DNA from: an uncultured Methanoregulaceae archaeon
GTDB lineage: Archaea > Halobacteriota > Methanomicrobia > Methanomicrobiales > Methanospirillaceae
Length of the DNA stretch: 64,000 nucleotides
Direction of reading: 5' to 3'
Assembly (NCBI GenBank): GCA_963737635.1
Contig: CAVTTL010000001.1
Span: 1,568,001 to 1,632,000, forward strand
Shown: positions 43,891 to 54,277 of the stretch, piece by piece
Position numbering within the stretch: position 1 is the first letter of the stretch
Layout of the letters: each line of letters begins with the position of its first letter
Position numbers and translations under genes: made by a program
Notes under the pieces: generated by a model
Told to the model about the DNA's origin: nothing
The model's database searches: none
The model's input: only the letters and a program-made list of their open reading frames with translations

Positions 43891-43940
43891 CCGATATTTA
43901 CACATATTTGCAGATATTACCCGATATTAACCAATATGAG
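43891..43940 (+). repeat. Five tandem imperfect 10-bp repeats upstream of the Fic gene
   Basis: ccgatattta cacatatttg cagatattac ccgatattaa ccaatatgag. Confidence 0.7.
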
Positions 43941-43952
43941 GTCAGGTGCAGG

Positions 43953-45284
43953 ATGAAAAAACCTCAGAGGCCGCCGGTTTTTAGCACATCGTGGCCGCCC
44001 TATCATGAGAGCTATAATGACCTTACCTCCCGGGTGAACCAGCAAAATGAAGAAGCGCAGGAAATACGCAGGCTGATCCGGAAATGCAACGAGCAGGCGT
44101 ATATCCACTGGGACGACCTCCGGCGAAAGAAACTCCCGTACGATCCCATCACGTTCTGGTACGTGATACGCACCATCCGCGGCGCAAAGTACCGCGAACT
44201 CAGGATTGGTAGTGAGATTTTCCTCTTCTCTACCCCGGAAAAATTCCAGAAACCGCTCCATCTCATCGACAAGGCATCTCCCGCATCGTTCGATTGGCTT
44301 TTCGGGGAATTCCCAAGCGAGAAAAACAAGAAACAATGCCTCATCAACTCCCTGATGGAAGAGGCCATTGCTTCCAGCCAGCTCGAAGGAGCGGCGACAC
44401 CCCGGCCTGAGGCAAAGAAGATCCTGCGGGAAGGCAGGAAGCCGAAGGATACGTCTGAGCGGATGATCGTCAACACCTACCGTACGATCCTCCGTCTCAA
44501 GGAGCTGCGGGACCAGCCGTTGTCCCGCGAACTCATCCGTGAGATCCACCACGGGATCACAAAGGGGACGCTGGAGAGCGAGGACGACGGGACAGACTTC
44601 CGCACCTGCAATGATATCGTCGTTGGCACGGCTGACCCGACGGAGATCTATGACTTCCCCCCGGATTGTGCACAGATCCCGGCAATGATCGATGACCTCA
44701 TCACCTTCGCGAATGAAGATGACGAGTTCATCCACCCGGTCGTTAAAGCGATTATCCTTCACTTCCTCATCGGGTACATCCACCCGTTCAGTGACGGCAA
44801 TGGCAGGACGGCCCGGGCGCTCTTCTCCTGGTTCTGTCTCAAACACCACTACGATCTGCTGGAGTATCTCCCGCTCTCGCGGCACGTTGTCCATGCTCCG
44901 GCCCAGTACCTACGGGCATACCAGCTGACCGGGACCGACAGCAACGACATGACCTATTTCATCGATTTCCATATCCCTGTCATCAGCCGGGCGCTGGAAG
45001 ACCTCAGACAGTACCTTATCCGCAGGAACGAGGAAGAAGCAGAATCCCTGGGTCTTGTTGAGCAGATTCCTGCACTCTCCTTCAGGCAGGCGGACATTCT
45101 CCGGGCATTCATCCGGCACCCGACACGGCCCTATACGACCAGTGAGATTGCCGGTACGTACAAAGTCTCGTTACCTACCGCACGAACCGATCTTCTTTTC
45201 CTGTGGGAGATGGGGAAGCTGAAGAAATACCAGGATGGGAAACGGCAGGTTTTCGTGGTTAAAAACGATTTCTCCAGCACCTGA
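43953..45284 (+). CDS. Fic family protein with C-terminal wHTH
   Basis: HPFSDGNGRTAR catalytic motif; SSQLEG inhibitory motif; VSLPTARTDL HTH. Confidence 0.93.
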   Translation: MKKPQRPPVFSTSWPPYHESYNDLTSRVNQQNEEAQEIRRLIRKCNEQAYIHWDDLRRKKLPYDPITFWYVIRTIRGAKYRELRIGSEIFLFSTPEKFQKPLHLIDKASPASFDWLFGEFPSEKNKKQCLINSLMEEAIASSQLEGAATPRPEAKKILREGRKPKDTSERMIVNTYRTILRLKELRDQPLSRELIREIHHGITKGTLESEDDGTDFRTCNDIVVGTADPTEIYDFPPDCAQIPAMIDDLITFANEDDEFIHPVVKAIILHFLIGYIHPFSDGNGRTARALFSWFCLKHHYDLLEYLPLSRHVVHAPAQYLRAYQLTGTDSNDMTYFIDFHIPVISRALEDLRQYLIRRNEEEAESLGLVEQIPALSFRQADILRAFIRHPTRPYTTSEIAGTYKVSLPTARTDLLFLWEMGKLKKYQDGKRQVFVVKNDFSST

Positions 45285-45314
45285 GTGTTAATCAGAGAGA
45301 GGGATGCCCCTGCG

Positions 45315-45389
45315 TTGAAGAGATTGGCGTACTGGAATCACGGAAAATCGGACGCGAGAACGTGTTCATTCATCCCGCTCTCCTGAAGT
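45315..45389 (+). repeat. Copy of the 3' end of the second Fic gene (56159-56233)
   Basis: ttgaagagattggcgtactggaatc...catcccgctctc shared. Confidence 0.85.
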
Positions 45390-45393
45390 GGTT

Positions 45394-45464
45394 CTGATAC
45401 GTTGGCGTTTGACAGGGTGTTTTTAGCGAGGTGAAAAATCAGCGATCAACCGTTAACGTATCAG
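45394..45464. repeat. 71-bp hairpin element with terminal inverted repeats, copy 1
   Basis: ctgatacgtt...aacgtatcag; near-identical to 53185-53255. Confidence 0.8.
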
Positions 45465-45560
45465 GATCCATCTGCGGGACGTTTATATATTCGACATTAA
45501 AGTGTTCCGAGATGTCATTTCCGTTAAGTCCCGTTGATGCACCAGCACCACCGGAGTGCA

Positions 45561-46115
45561 TTATGGATGTTTCAGTGTCGGGTTCAGCTCAGACGCATTT
45601 GCGTATGCCGCATTGGCCTCTGCACTTCTTCCCAGCGCCTCCAGGGCATTTGCTTCATTGTAATATGCGATGGAACGCAGAGTGGGCAGGTTCCCGGGAG
45701 TGTTGATCGCCACATTTGCTGCGGCAATCGCCTCATCATAGCGGCCCAGTTCCACGAGGATCCCCGCCCGGTTGGCTTGAATAATGGGTATGAGAGAACT
45801 GACGTTATCTGCAAGTGCCGCATCGGCAGCGTTCAGTGCATCCTGATAATCCCCGGCGTTTGCCAGATCGACGCTCTCGGTGTACAGTGCACCGGCCGAA
45901 TGGAAGGATGCTGATGTACCTGTCGAGTTTGACGTTGGAATTCGTGTTGGTGTTGAGGTCTGAAGCACTGTCGTACAAACGATCTGTGGTGGAGGTGATG
46001 ATATTACCGTAGTTACCTGAGGGATAACGTTCGCAGATCCCGTGCGCGTACATCCAGCGGCACATAGTACCCCAATGCAGATAATGAGGAGGAGGAAGAC
46101 TACACGCCCCTGCAT
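45561..46115 (-). CDS. TPR-containing lipoprotein
   Basis: AAGC lipobox; LVELGRYDEAI and ALEALGRSAEAN TPRs. Confidence 0.8.
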   Translation of the reverse strand: MQGRVVFLLLIICIGVLCAAGCTRTGSANVIPQVTTVISSPPPQIVCTTVLQTSTPTRIPTSNSTGTSASFHSAGALYTESVDLANAGDYQDALNAADAALADNVSSLIPIIQANRAGILVELGRYDEAIAAANVAINTPGNLPTLRSIAYYNEANALEALGRSAEANAAYANASELNPTLKHP

Positions 46116-46272
46116 ATCTGCCTAATTATATCAGGATACGATATTATTTTCGATATTGTTTTCTAGGTTTTGCTGGATAAGGTTCTGTTAACTTGTTGAG
46201 GGATCGCATATTTTTTCAGAGGTGAGAAAGTTGATGATCCCAGTCCAAGTTACCAGAGCCATGTCAGCCAGT

Positions 46273-46455
46273 CTATCCAAGTATCTTTCCGATATCCGGA
46301 ATAAAAAACGTGACAACACCGGTAATCAGCACTACCACTCCTGCAATGGTAAAAAATAGACTCATCACAAAATATGCCGGTGCCCGGAAAATTACCCATC
46401 CTATACACACTAACGCCAGACCGACGACGATTGCTACCTGTCTCTTACAGACCAT
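46273..46455 (-). CDS. Small two-TM membrane protein
   Basis: Two hydrophobic helices in 60 aa. Confidence 0.45.
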   Translation of the reverse strand: MVCKRQVAIVVGLALVCIGWVIFRAPAYFVMSLFFTIAGVVVLITGVVTFFIPDIGKILG

Positions 46456-46615
46456 AACTACGTGCGCCCCCTTCTTTAGAAAGGTCTAAGCGATGTGCTA
46501 GTATTAATATAAGCATACATTGATGCAACCGGGCAATTGCATTATTGCCAGGACTGCCAAAAAAATTCGAAAAATGAAAGAGAAGCGGCTAAAAAAAATT
46601 CCTATCGGAGAATAG

Positions 46616-47719
46616 TTACTCCCAGAATCCCTGGGAGGGAATACAGTCACCCGTAGGTGTACTATCAAACTCCTTCTCGAATCCCTTGTACCGGTAGTAG
46701 ACTATAGAAACCAGCCAGGAGAGCACGAAAAGGGCCACGATCCCAAAGCCTAAAGTCTCGAAGTCGAGAGCGTTCAACCCGTCCCAGAAGGACCCGGTCC
46801 AGTTGAATTCCGTAGAAAGAACCTGAATGAGTTCGATGCCACCGATGACGAATGCCACCATAACCGACATGATGGTGATTGTCAGGTTATAGTATACCTT
46901 GCGTATAGGGTGCTGGAAAGCCCAGCCATAGGCCAGACGCATACTTATACCGTCTGTTGAATCGGTAATAATCATACCACACGCAAAAGCAAACGGCAGG
47001 GTAAGAATCGCCCATAACGGTACATTGGACGCAACACCAGCACCAACGCTGACACCGATAAGCATAGTCTCGGTTGCTGTGTCAAAGCCCAGACCAAACA
47101 AGAATCCCACGACAAACATCTGGTAGGGTTTTTCAATTACCTTGAAGAGCCAGCCGAAGTGAGTGTTCATGAACCCCTTTTTGCTCAGCTCGCAGTCAAG
47201 ATCGGCCTGGCTGATCGTGCCATTCTTCAGGCCCTTGAAGATCTTATAGGTATCCATGACAATGATGACGTTGATAAATCCAATGATGAATAGGAATACT
47301 CCCGAGATTAGGGTACTGAGAGCATCAGTGCCAGTCTCAATAGCAGTGCCCAAGATGGCCTTTGCAGCGAAAACCAATGCAAGGACCATGAGGGCCACTA
47401 CCACCGAATGACCGATGGAGAACCACGTGCCCACCGTTATCGGGCGTTTGCCCTCCTGCAGCAACTTACGGGTGGTATTGTCGATGGCAGCAATGTGATC
47501 AGCGTCAACGCCATGGCGGAGACCAAGAACAAAGGACATGACCCCAAACCCTCCTAAAACGAGATAGATCTGTCCTATATAGGATGTCAGAATGAATGCA
47601 ATCACACTGAGAACCGTGAGGGTGACATAGAGCGCAAATATAGTGAGTTTTTCTTTTCGGTTCAGACTAATTATAGAATGATAAAAGCTTTGCTTTTTCT
47701 TGGCAATGTCTTCAACCAT
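46616..47719 (-). CDS. NiCoT (HoxN/NixA) nickel/cobalt permease
   Basis: LRHGVDADHIAAID, FSIGHS, FGLGFDT. Confidence 0.93.
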   Translation of the reverse strand: MVEDIAKKKQSFYHSIISLNRKEKLTIFALYVTLTVLSVIAFILTSYIGQIYLVLGGFGVMSFVLGLRHGVDADHIAAIDNTTRKLLQEGKRPITVGTWFSIGHSVVVALMVLALVFAAKAILGTAIETGTDALSTLISGVFLFIIGFINVIIVMDTYKIFKGLKNGTISQADLDCELSKKGFMNTHFGWLFKVIEKPYQMFVVGFLFGLGFDTATETMLIGVSVGAGVASNVPLWAILTLPFAFACGMIITDSTDGISMRLAYGWAFQHPIRKVYYNLTITIMSVMVAFVIGGIELIQVLSTEFNWTGSFWDGLNALDFETLGFGIVALFVLSWLVSIVYYRYKGFEKEFDSTPTGDCIPSQGFWE

Positions 47720-48070
47720 TTTTACTCAATCAATTTTACTTGATAAAAGTAAATAAAACCTTCTATTAAAACGGTAACTCATTCTTCGTGTCGATAATTT
47801 TAGAACATTTTGATAAAGAAACTTTTCAGGCATTGCGTCGGGACTTATATCGGCTCACAGGAGTAAAACCGGGAAAACTAAAGAACACAGAACCGTGGGG
47901 AAAATCTGGCGGGGCAGCCAGATATACAAAATACTCCGGGAAAAATAAACCGGTATGAGGATACTCCGAAAGAATAATCAGCTCCCGGTCGTCACTCTTT
48001 TTCCTGGTACATAAGACGCCGGAGCTGATGCAGACTGACTCAGGATACAAAGGGACCCCTACCCTTCCTT

Positions 48071-48850
48071 ATGCGGAGCAAGGGCGATGTCTCGCGCTTC
48101 CAGATTCTTGTAGAGATTGCCGAACGCCAGCCGGCTGTACGCCAGCTGGAGATTGCCGACAAGATTGGCATGACACCGCAGGCAGTCTCTGAATATATCC
48201 GCGATCTGGTTGACGAGGGTATGGTAGCCGTGAGCGGCCGGAGCAATTATGCGGTCACCAAGACCGGGATGGCATGGGTCATGGAGAATGCAGCTACCCT
48301 GGAATTATATGTCCGGCATATCCGGCGCGATATCATCAAGCATGTCTCGGTATGGACTGCAATTGCTGCCGATGACATGAATAAGGGGGATATCGCCGGT
48401 CTTTATATGAAGGACGGATATCTCTATGCGGGGAAGAACCCGACGTCGGCGACAGCAACGGTCTATGCGGATGCAAAGAAGAACGATGACGTGGGAATTT
48501 TCGATGTGAATGGGATAATCGAACATCAAGAGGGGGTTATCCACGTCTGCATAGTGCCCCGGATCCAGCGCGGGGGTTCAAAAAATGTCAGGAAGGATAA
48601 ACTCAAAAAGATCGTTGGAATGGCCGGGTTAACCGCGGCTGTCGGGGTCGAAGCATCAGTTGCACTGAAATCCATTGGCAGGACCCCCGATCTTTTTTTT
48701 GGATCGGCCGAAGGTGTCATCGATGCCGCATACCACGGAATCACCTGTGCGATTGTTATCGTTGACGAAGAGTCCCCGAATTTTGTCAAGAGACTGGAGA
48801 ACACCCCGCTTGAGCACAAGATCCACAATTTGATCATATCCGAAGATTAA
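48071..48850 (+). CDS. Archaeal winged-helix transcriptional regulator
   Basis: QLEIADKIGMTPQAVSEYIRDL HTH; C-terminal VPRIQRGGS. Confidence 0.8.
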   Translation: MRSKGDVSRFQILVEIAERQPAVRQLEIADKIGMTPQAVSEYIRDLVDEGMVAVSGRSNYAVTKTGMAWVMENAATLELYVRHIRRDIIKHVSVWTAIAADDMNKGDIAGLYMKDGYLYAGKNPTSATATVYADAKKNDDVGIFDVNGIIEHQEGVIHVCIVPRIQRGGSKNVRKDKLKKIVGMAGLTAAVGVEASVALKSIGRTPDLFFGSAEGVIDAAYHGITCAIVIVDEESPNFVKRLENTPLEHKIHNLIISED

Positions 48851-48985
48851 TGATCATCGTATAGTGACGAATGGTTCTGTCGGCTCTGTTAACTTGTTAG
48901 GGGACTATCAACTTTCCAATTCCTGATAACATATCCAATCCCTCACTAATGTAACAGAACCCAGGTCCCGTTATGTGACCCTGAA

Positions 48986-49012
48986 CCTTTGACCTGGCTT
49001 GGCTACCCTCGC
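48986..49012 (-). repeat. 5' fragment of tRNA-Leu, with homologous upstream flank to about 49065
   Basis: GCGAGGGTAGCCAAGCCAGGTCAAAGG, identical to 54920-54946. Confidence 0.8.
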
Positions 49013-49168
49013 CCTTACTTTTCTCACCGGGATATAGCCTACAAACCTTGATCAAGACCCTCAACCCTCCTAAAACCAGCGCGCTATTTCTCATAGAAGG
49101 TATCATTCCTCCTGCACATCAAAGATGAGATACGTGGCATTAATTACTGACGCGAATCGTCCTCGCTT

Positions 49169-50374
49169 TTACGTCTGCTTGAACATCTGCTTTGCCATAG
49201 CCACCCTCTCCTCAAAGCCGGGTCCTTCAAGTTCTTGCACAACGGATTCGAGCACTACCGGTATGTCGATGTGCTGGGGGCATTTTTCAGCACACTGCCC
49301 GCACTGGACGCACAGGGATGCAAACTCCGGCGTCCCGAGTGCGACAGCGCCGCCCAGCCGTGCAGCGTACATGAATTTTTCCCCATCGGGGTTGTCAGCC
49401 AGGGTCAGGTTGTTGTAGTGCTCGAAGCACAGCGGGATGTTGACTCCGGACGGGCAGGGCATACAGTATTGGCAGCCGGTACAGCCGACTTTCATCAGCT
49501 CGCGATATTTCTTCTCTACCCTTTTCACCAGCTGCAGTTCGGCTTTTGTCAGGGAACCCGGGTACGCCTCACCGGCTACCCGTAGGTTCTCCTCAATTTG
49601 TGTCTCCTCATTCATGCCGGAGAGGACAACCGTAACCTCCGGATGGTCCCAGATCCAGCGGAGCGCCCATTCTGCAGCGGTTCTCTTTTTCGGAGATTCG
49701 TCCCAGATCTTTTGCACCGCTGCAGGCACGGTCCTTGTCAGGTTCCCTCCCCGGAGGGGCTCCATGATGACGACGCCAAGACCTTTTGAGGCGGCATATT
49801 CCAGGCCGGCCGTACCTGCCTGGTTCTTCTCGTCTAAGTAGTTGTACTGGATCTGGCAGAAGTCCCAGTCATAGGCGTCCACGATCCGGCTGAAATCTGT
49901 TGCTGCACCGTGGAAGGAGAACCCGGTGTTCCTGATGCGACCGTCGGCTTTGGCTTTGGTGAGGAACTCGGTCACACCCAGATTCTTCACGGTATCCCAC
50001 AGTTCACCGACGAGCGCATGGACAAGGTAATAGTCAATGTGATCGGTCTGGAGCTTCTCCAGCTGGGCATTGAGGAACGTATCCATATCCTCACGCTTTT
50101 CGATAAGCCAGGAAGGGAGTTTTGTTGCGAGTTTTACTTTTTCGCGGTACCCGTCGGCAAGGGCACGGCCCACGAACGGCTCGCTCGCGCCCATGTGATA
50201 GGGCCAGGCGGTATCAACATAGTTTACGCCATGGTCGATTGCGTAACGTACCTGCTTCTTTGCCCGTTCTTCATCGATCGAGCCATCCTCTTTGACGGGG
50301 AGACGCATACACCCGAATCCCAGGATGGAAAGTTCGTCTCTGTTCTTTGGCATTTTCCTGTATAACATGGTCAT
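49169..50374 (-). CDS. Aldo/keto reductase with C-terminal 4Fe-4S dicluster domain
   Basis: LGFGCMRLP, DTAWPY, CTGCQYCMPCP, CVQCGQCAEKCP. Confidence 0.92.
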   Translation of the reverse strand: MTMLYRKMPKNRDELSILGFGCMRLPVKEDGSIDEERAKKQVRYAIDHGVNYVDTAWPYHMGASEPFVGRALADGYREKVKLATKLPSWLIEKREDMDTFLNAQLEKLQTDHIDYYLVHALVGELWDTVKNLGVTEFLTKAKADGRIRNTGFSFHGAATDFSRIVDAYDWDFCQIQYNYLDEKNQAGTAGLEYAASKGLGVVIMEPLRGGNLTRTVPAAVQKIWDESPKKRTAAEWALRWIWDHPEVTVVLSGMNEETQIEENLRVAGEAYPGSLTKAELQLVKRVEKKYRELMKVGCTGCQYCMPCPSGVNIPLCFEHYNNLTLADNPDGEKFMYAARLGGAVALGTPEFASLCVQCGQCAEKCPQHIDIPVVLESVVQELEGPGFEERVAMAKQMFKQT

Positions 50375-50387
50375 TCACCTTTTTCGT

Positions 50388-50957
50388 TCAACCCGATTTG
50401 TTATTTTTTCCGACTATTCCGATGTCCTTCAGCCATCCGGCTACCTGATCATGTGCATTTTTAACATCGCCGCCCCGGATGGCAAGACCTTCAAGGACGG
50501 TTGATTGTGGGCATGTTTTTCTGATATCCGTAACAGTCCGACCCAAGCCGCTTCCCTCGTGCGTGCAGAACGGGATGATCGTTTTTCCAGAAAGATCATA
50601 TTCTTCCAGAAACGTAAACACCGGCATCGGCATTGTTCCCCACCAGTTGGGGTAACCGAGGAACACACCATCATGCGACGCCATGGTTTCCACATGGCCG
50701 GTAAGCTTCGGCCTGGCACTAGTGCGAAGTTCCTCTTTTGCGACATCGGTGGTTTCTGTATACTCTTTGGGATATGCCTTCACCGGTTCGATGTGAAACA
50801 GATCACCACCGGTCATTTCCTGGAGCATCTTTGCGACGACTTCAGTGTTGCCGACCGGGAGGTTTACGATATTCCCGCCGACATAATTGTTTCCTGCACG
50901 CGAAAAATACGCGATCAGGCATTTTGCATTATTTACGTTCATTTTCCCCCTTTTCAT
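50388..50957 (-). CDS. Flavodoxin
   Basis: AYFSRAG...GNT, GYPNWWG, PFCTHEGSG. Confidence 0.9.
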   Translation of the reverse strand: MKRGKMNVNNAKCLIAYFSRAGNNYVGGNIVNLPVGNTEVVAKMLQEMTGGDLFHIEPVKAYPKEYTETTDVAKEELRTSARPKLTGHVETMASHDGVFLGYPNWWGTMPMPVFTFLEEYDLSGKTIIPFCTHEGSGLGRTVTDIRKTCPQSTVLEGLAIRGGDVKNAHDQVAGWLKDIGIVGKNNKSG

Positions 50958-50976
50958 TCAACGGTGGTTTAATCCA

Positions 50977-51406
50977 TTAATCGATTCTCCGATATTCTTC
51001 ATCCGTTACGGGTTCCAGCCATTCCGCGTCCCCTTTTTGCGAATTAGGCATTATCGCAATATGAGTAAACCAGTTATCCGGCGCAGCACCATGCCAGTGT
51101 TTCACCTTGGGAGGAACTGCTACAACATCACCTTTTCGAATAACCTGCACTGGCTTACCCTCTTCCTGGGAATATCCTTTGCCGTTCGTGACTAACAGGA
51201 TCTGCCCGCCGGGATGTTTGTGCCAGTTGTTTCGTGCACCTGGGTTCAAACGTTACATTGCCAATGGGACAATGGAACGTGCTGTCATCCTTGACCAGCA
51301 TACCCAACCAAGCGGTTCCGATGAAATGCTCATTTGCGATCTGCTCTCCAGCAATCTTCGTCCCTTTGGGAAAGATTGCATCTTCAGGTAGTTTTTTTGC
51401 GGCCAT
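50977..51406 (-). CDS. Cupin domain protein; frameshift near 51243
   Basis: NVTFE(fs)PGARNNWHKHPGGQIL...HWHGA. Confidence 0.85.
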
Positions 51407-51417
51407 ACTGTCCTCCT

Positions 51418-52054
51418 TTAATCCCGGATAAAGTTCGTGAAAACGGTTTCTTCCCGCACCGGGAGCTGTACACCGGCCTTAATACCTGCTTCCTTGCACT
51501 TCAGGAAGAACACCATGTTCCTTGCAAGGATGCGCATGGTCTGCAGGCCTTCTTTGTCCTTCTCCACATCTTCCGGCTTTACCCCGTGAACCATGTTCCA
51601 GTACCGGGACGAGACAACGGGCATCTCCGAGATGGTGAAATACTTGTTGAGCTGGTCAAAGGTGGCAGTCGTCCCTGCCCTCCGTGCGGACACCACTGCG
51701 GCTGCCGGTTTCAGGTAGAACACCTGCCGGCCTGCCAGCATGTTGGTATAAAAGGCGCGGTCCATGAAGGAGGTCATTGCACCGGATGCTGCGGCGATAA
51801 TGTACCGGAGACCCGAAGATGAATCCGTCAGCACCCTCCGCAAGATCGAGGAACTCGTTGACTGTGTCGTCAAACATGCAGCGCCTGTTCTTGGCACATG
51901 ACTTGCAGGCAGTACAGCCGGCAAGCGGCTTTATGCCGATCCAGAAAATTTCCGTTTCGATACCCTCTTTCTTCAGGGTTTTTGCAACTTCAGAAAGAGC
52001 AGTCCATGTGCAGCCCTTCTTATGTGGGCTTCCGTTTACGAGTAATACTTTCAT
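51418..52054 (-). CDS. Iron-sulfur flavoprotein / flavodoxin family; frameshift near 51800
   Basis: NGSPH, CTACKSC...C, GSPVHY(fs)AAASG, YWNMVHG. Confidence 0.85.
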
Positions 52055-52056
52055 TT

Positions 52057-52509
52057 TTACACTCCTTTAACTTCTGAAACCTGAACGTCACCCTGCATAG
52101 TGCGGGGCAGTACGATTAACACTATTACTATCACAAGTGCGAAGGCAAGCATCACTGTACCGGCGGTGAGCGATGCCAGAGTGAAAAGTGCAATCCCGAT
52201 AACAAACATACGGCGGCGGCCAAGAATGTCCCCGGACCGTGCACCAAGAAGGAGCAAACCCCCAAACGTGAGCAGATAGGCATTCTGCACCCAGGAGAGT
52301 CCGGTATCTGTAAAGCCAAGAGTTGTGTGCATCTCCGGTAAGGCGGTAATGACGATGGCTATGTCGAGGACGATCATCAGATAGCCGGCAAGGATAAGCG
52401 CGAGAACCACATTGGGATGAGAACGGTTTTTGACCTCGGTAGCCGGGATAGCTGATGCTGTCTCCATCGATCTCTTCCACGTCACAAACCGTGCTGCACC
52501 ATCTTTCAT
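52057..52509 (-). pseudogene. Internally deleted DHA2-type MFS transporter
   Basis: LDIAIVITALP, WVQNAYLL, GDILGRRR, then an abrupt jump to a terminal helix at 150 aa. Confidence 0.75.
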
Positions 52510-52630
52510 TGATTTCTTCCTTCACGTGATTCAGACAGTATCGTCCGTGTTACTATAGTATATATCAAGAATGTATGACATAAATAGTGGGTACAAACAA
52601 AGATGTGACATACTTACAGGTTTGATACTA

Positions 52631-52984
52631 ATGGAAACCACGCCGAAAAAATACAAATACAGCTGGCCCATTGAGGCAACCCTGGATGTGATCGGGGGTA
52701 AATGGAAACCGCTGGTCATCTACACGCTTAAGGACGGGACGCTGCGGTTCAACCAGATCGTCGACAAGGTCCAGCCAAGGATCACCCAGAGGATGCTGAC
52801 AAAAGAACTTCGTGAACTTGAACGAGATGGTCTCGTTATTAGAAAAGTTTACGCCCAGGTACCGCCGAAAGTGGAATATTCACTCACGGAAACAGGATTG
52901 TCCCTCATCCCTATTCTTGACGAGCTCTGTGACTGGGGATCCAAACATATGGGGGACGATATTGAGTTCAAGTGTGAAGAATAA
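52631..52984 (+). CDS. HxlR family transcriptional regulator
   Basis: [30 protein letters not shown]. Confidence 0.92.
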   Translation: METTPKKYKYSWPIEATLDVIGGKWKPLVIYTLKDGTLRFNQIVDKVQPRITQRMLTKELRELERDGLVIRKVYAQVPPKVEYSLTETGLSLIPILDELCDWGSKHMGDDIEFKCEE

Positions 52985-53030
52985 AGAATATAGATGGGAG
53001 CGTACCCGGTGCCGGACCGAGTGAACAAGC

Positions 53031-53440
53031 CGGACGCGAGAACGTGTTTATTCATCCCGCTCTCCTGAAGGTACTTTCCGAGCCGTGAATATGTCGAAAA
53101 TGGTTGTTTTTTTCGACACGTTTTGGTGATGTGTCGATCCGTTCGACATATTTTCCGTGCTCGCGATCAGCTGTTTTTGAGAGTCTGATACGTTGGCGGT
53201 TGACAGGGTGTTTTTAGCGAGGTGAAAAATCAGCGATCAACCGTTAACGTATCAGGACCGGCACGCGTATGAAGATCCTCTTTGATGAGGAGTGCCACCA
53301 GTTCATTGATTGAATTTTGTTCCATATGGTTCATTTTTGAACCAATCCACACTAAGGACTGTGGTTTGGAGAGTCCAGAAACAGAAAACGTGCGAGGGAT
53401 GGAAGCGTACCCAAGAACTCCTACGAGATCAGGCCCTCAA
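53031..53440. repeat. Composite duplication: Fic 3' end, 71-bp hairpin, MNT 5' end and tRNA-Leu 3' half
   Basis: 53031-53180 matches 56193-56344; 53185-53255 matches 45394-45464; 53260-53440 matches 54732-54912. Confidence 0.9.
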
Positions 53441-53515
53441 TATTCTAAAATATAGCGCACTCGTTGTTTTGGCAGAATTGGATACGATCTCAATACGAGA
53501 GGCAGTACAGATTTT

Positions 53516-53743
53516 TCAAACTGCGACTGTTTCGACACGGACACGGCTGATAATAACCTCATCTTCTACCGGTATCTCTTCATGATCTTCCTTCAAACAG
53601 GAGAGGTGAAGTCCGATTGCCTCTTTGGTATTCGCGATCGTCTCTTCCACGGTCTCACCCTGCGAGAAACATCCCGGGAGAGCCGGAACTTCGGCCCAGA
53701 ATCCGCCCTCTTCTGCCTTATGGATCAGGATTGTATATTCCAT
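53516..53743 (-). CDS. hicB: HicB-family antitoxin, no intact HicA partner seen
   Basis: GGFWAEVPALPGCFSQGETVEE. Confidence 0.88.
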   Translation of the reverse strand: MEYTILIHKAEEGGFWAEVPALPGCFSQGETVEETIANTKEAIGLHLSCLKEDHEEIPVEDEVIISRVRVETVAV

Positions 53744-53806
53744 ATAAACCTCTTACCATAATTGTTCAAATTCCTTGTCGGAAAATCCTGCCTTCTTTAT
53801 CAATGA

Positions 53807-54277
53807 TCAGATCAGGTTTTGGAATTTTTTCCGGAATTTCTCCGTTTTCTCCGTTGTCAGCCGGTCAATGACATCAAGGACTTCGGCATTGAACGATTCA
53901 GCCGTTTGAATAAGTGCAACCACATCGTCGCGGACCGGTGTAGAGGTAACATAATACTGTTTGTCAATCCTCTCAGTCTTTGCATATTCCAGATCGGTAT
54001 TGTTAATGGCGAAAACCTCCTGAAGCAGGATTATTGCAGCGGTATGATTCTCGCATTTGATTCCCGTGGCGAAGAAAAGCGCCAGGACAGCGTAGTACAT
54101 GCTGTAATAGGCCATTGACACAGACTGCTCGAAAAGATCGTTCTCAAGCAGCAGTCTCGCTGATATAAAATGACTTTCAGACTTCCTCAGGTAGGCAATT
54201 TTCATTTCTTCGCTGGGAGCAACCAACTGGAGAATGCCCTCCTTATGCAGTTTCTTTAAAAAACCCGTTCTTGTCAA
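53807..54277 (-). CDS. HEPN domain protein
   Basis: AYYSMYY, CENH, RIDKQY; probable TTG start overlapping the MNT gene. Confidence 0.85.
   Translation of the reverse strand: MTRTGFLKKLHKEGILQLVAPSEEMKIAYLRKSESHFISARLLLENDLFEQSVSMAYYSMYYAVLALFFATGIKCENHTAAIILLQEVFAINNTDLEYAKTERIDKQYYVTSTPVRDDVVALIQTAESFNAEVLDVIDRLTTEKTEKFRKKFQNLI

Noticed and set aside
45394-45464. Integron attC site
   Set aside because: GTT lies 5' and AAC 3' on both strands, the reverse of attC core-site order, and no integrase is present
47720-48070. NikR operator upstream of the NiCoT gene
   Set aside because: AT-rich, but no convincing spaced palindrome found by eye
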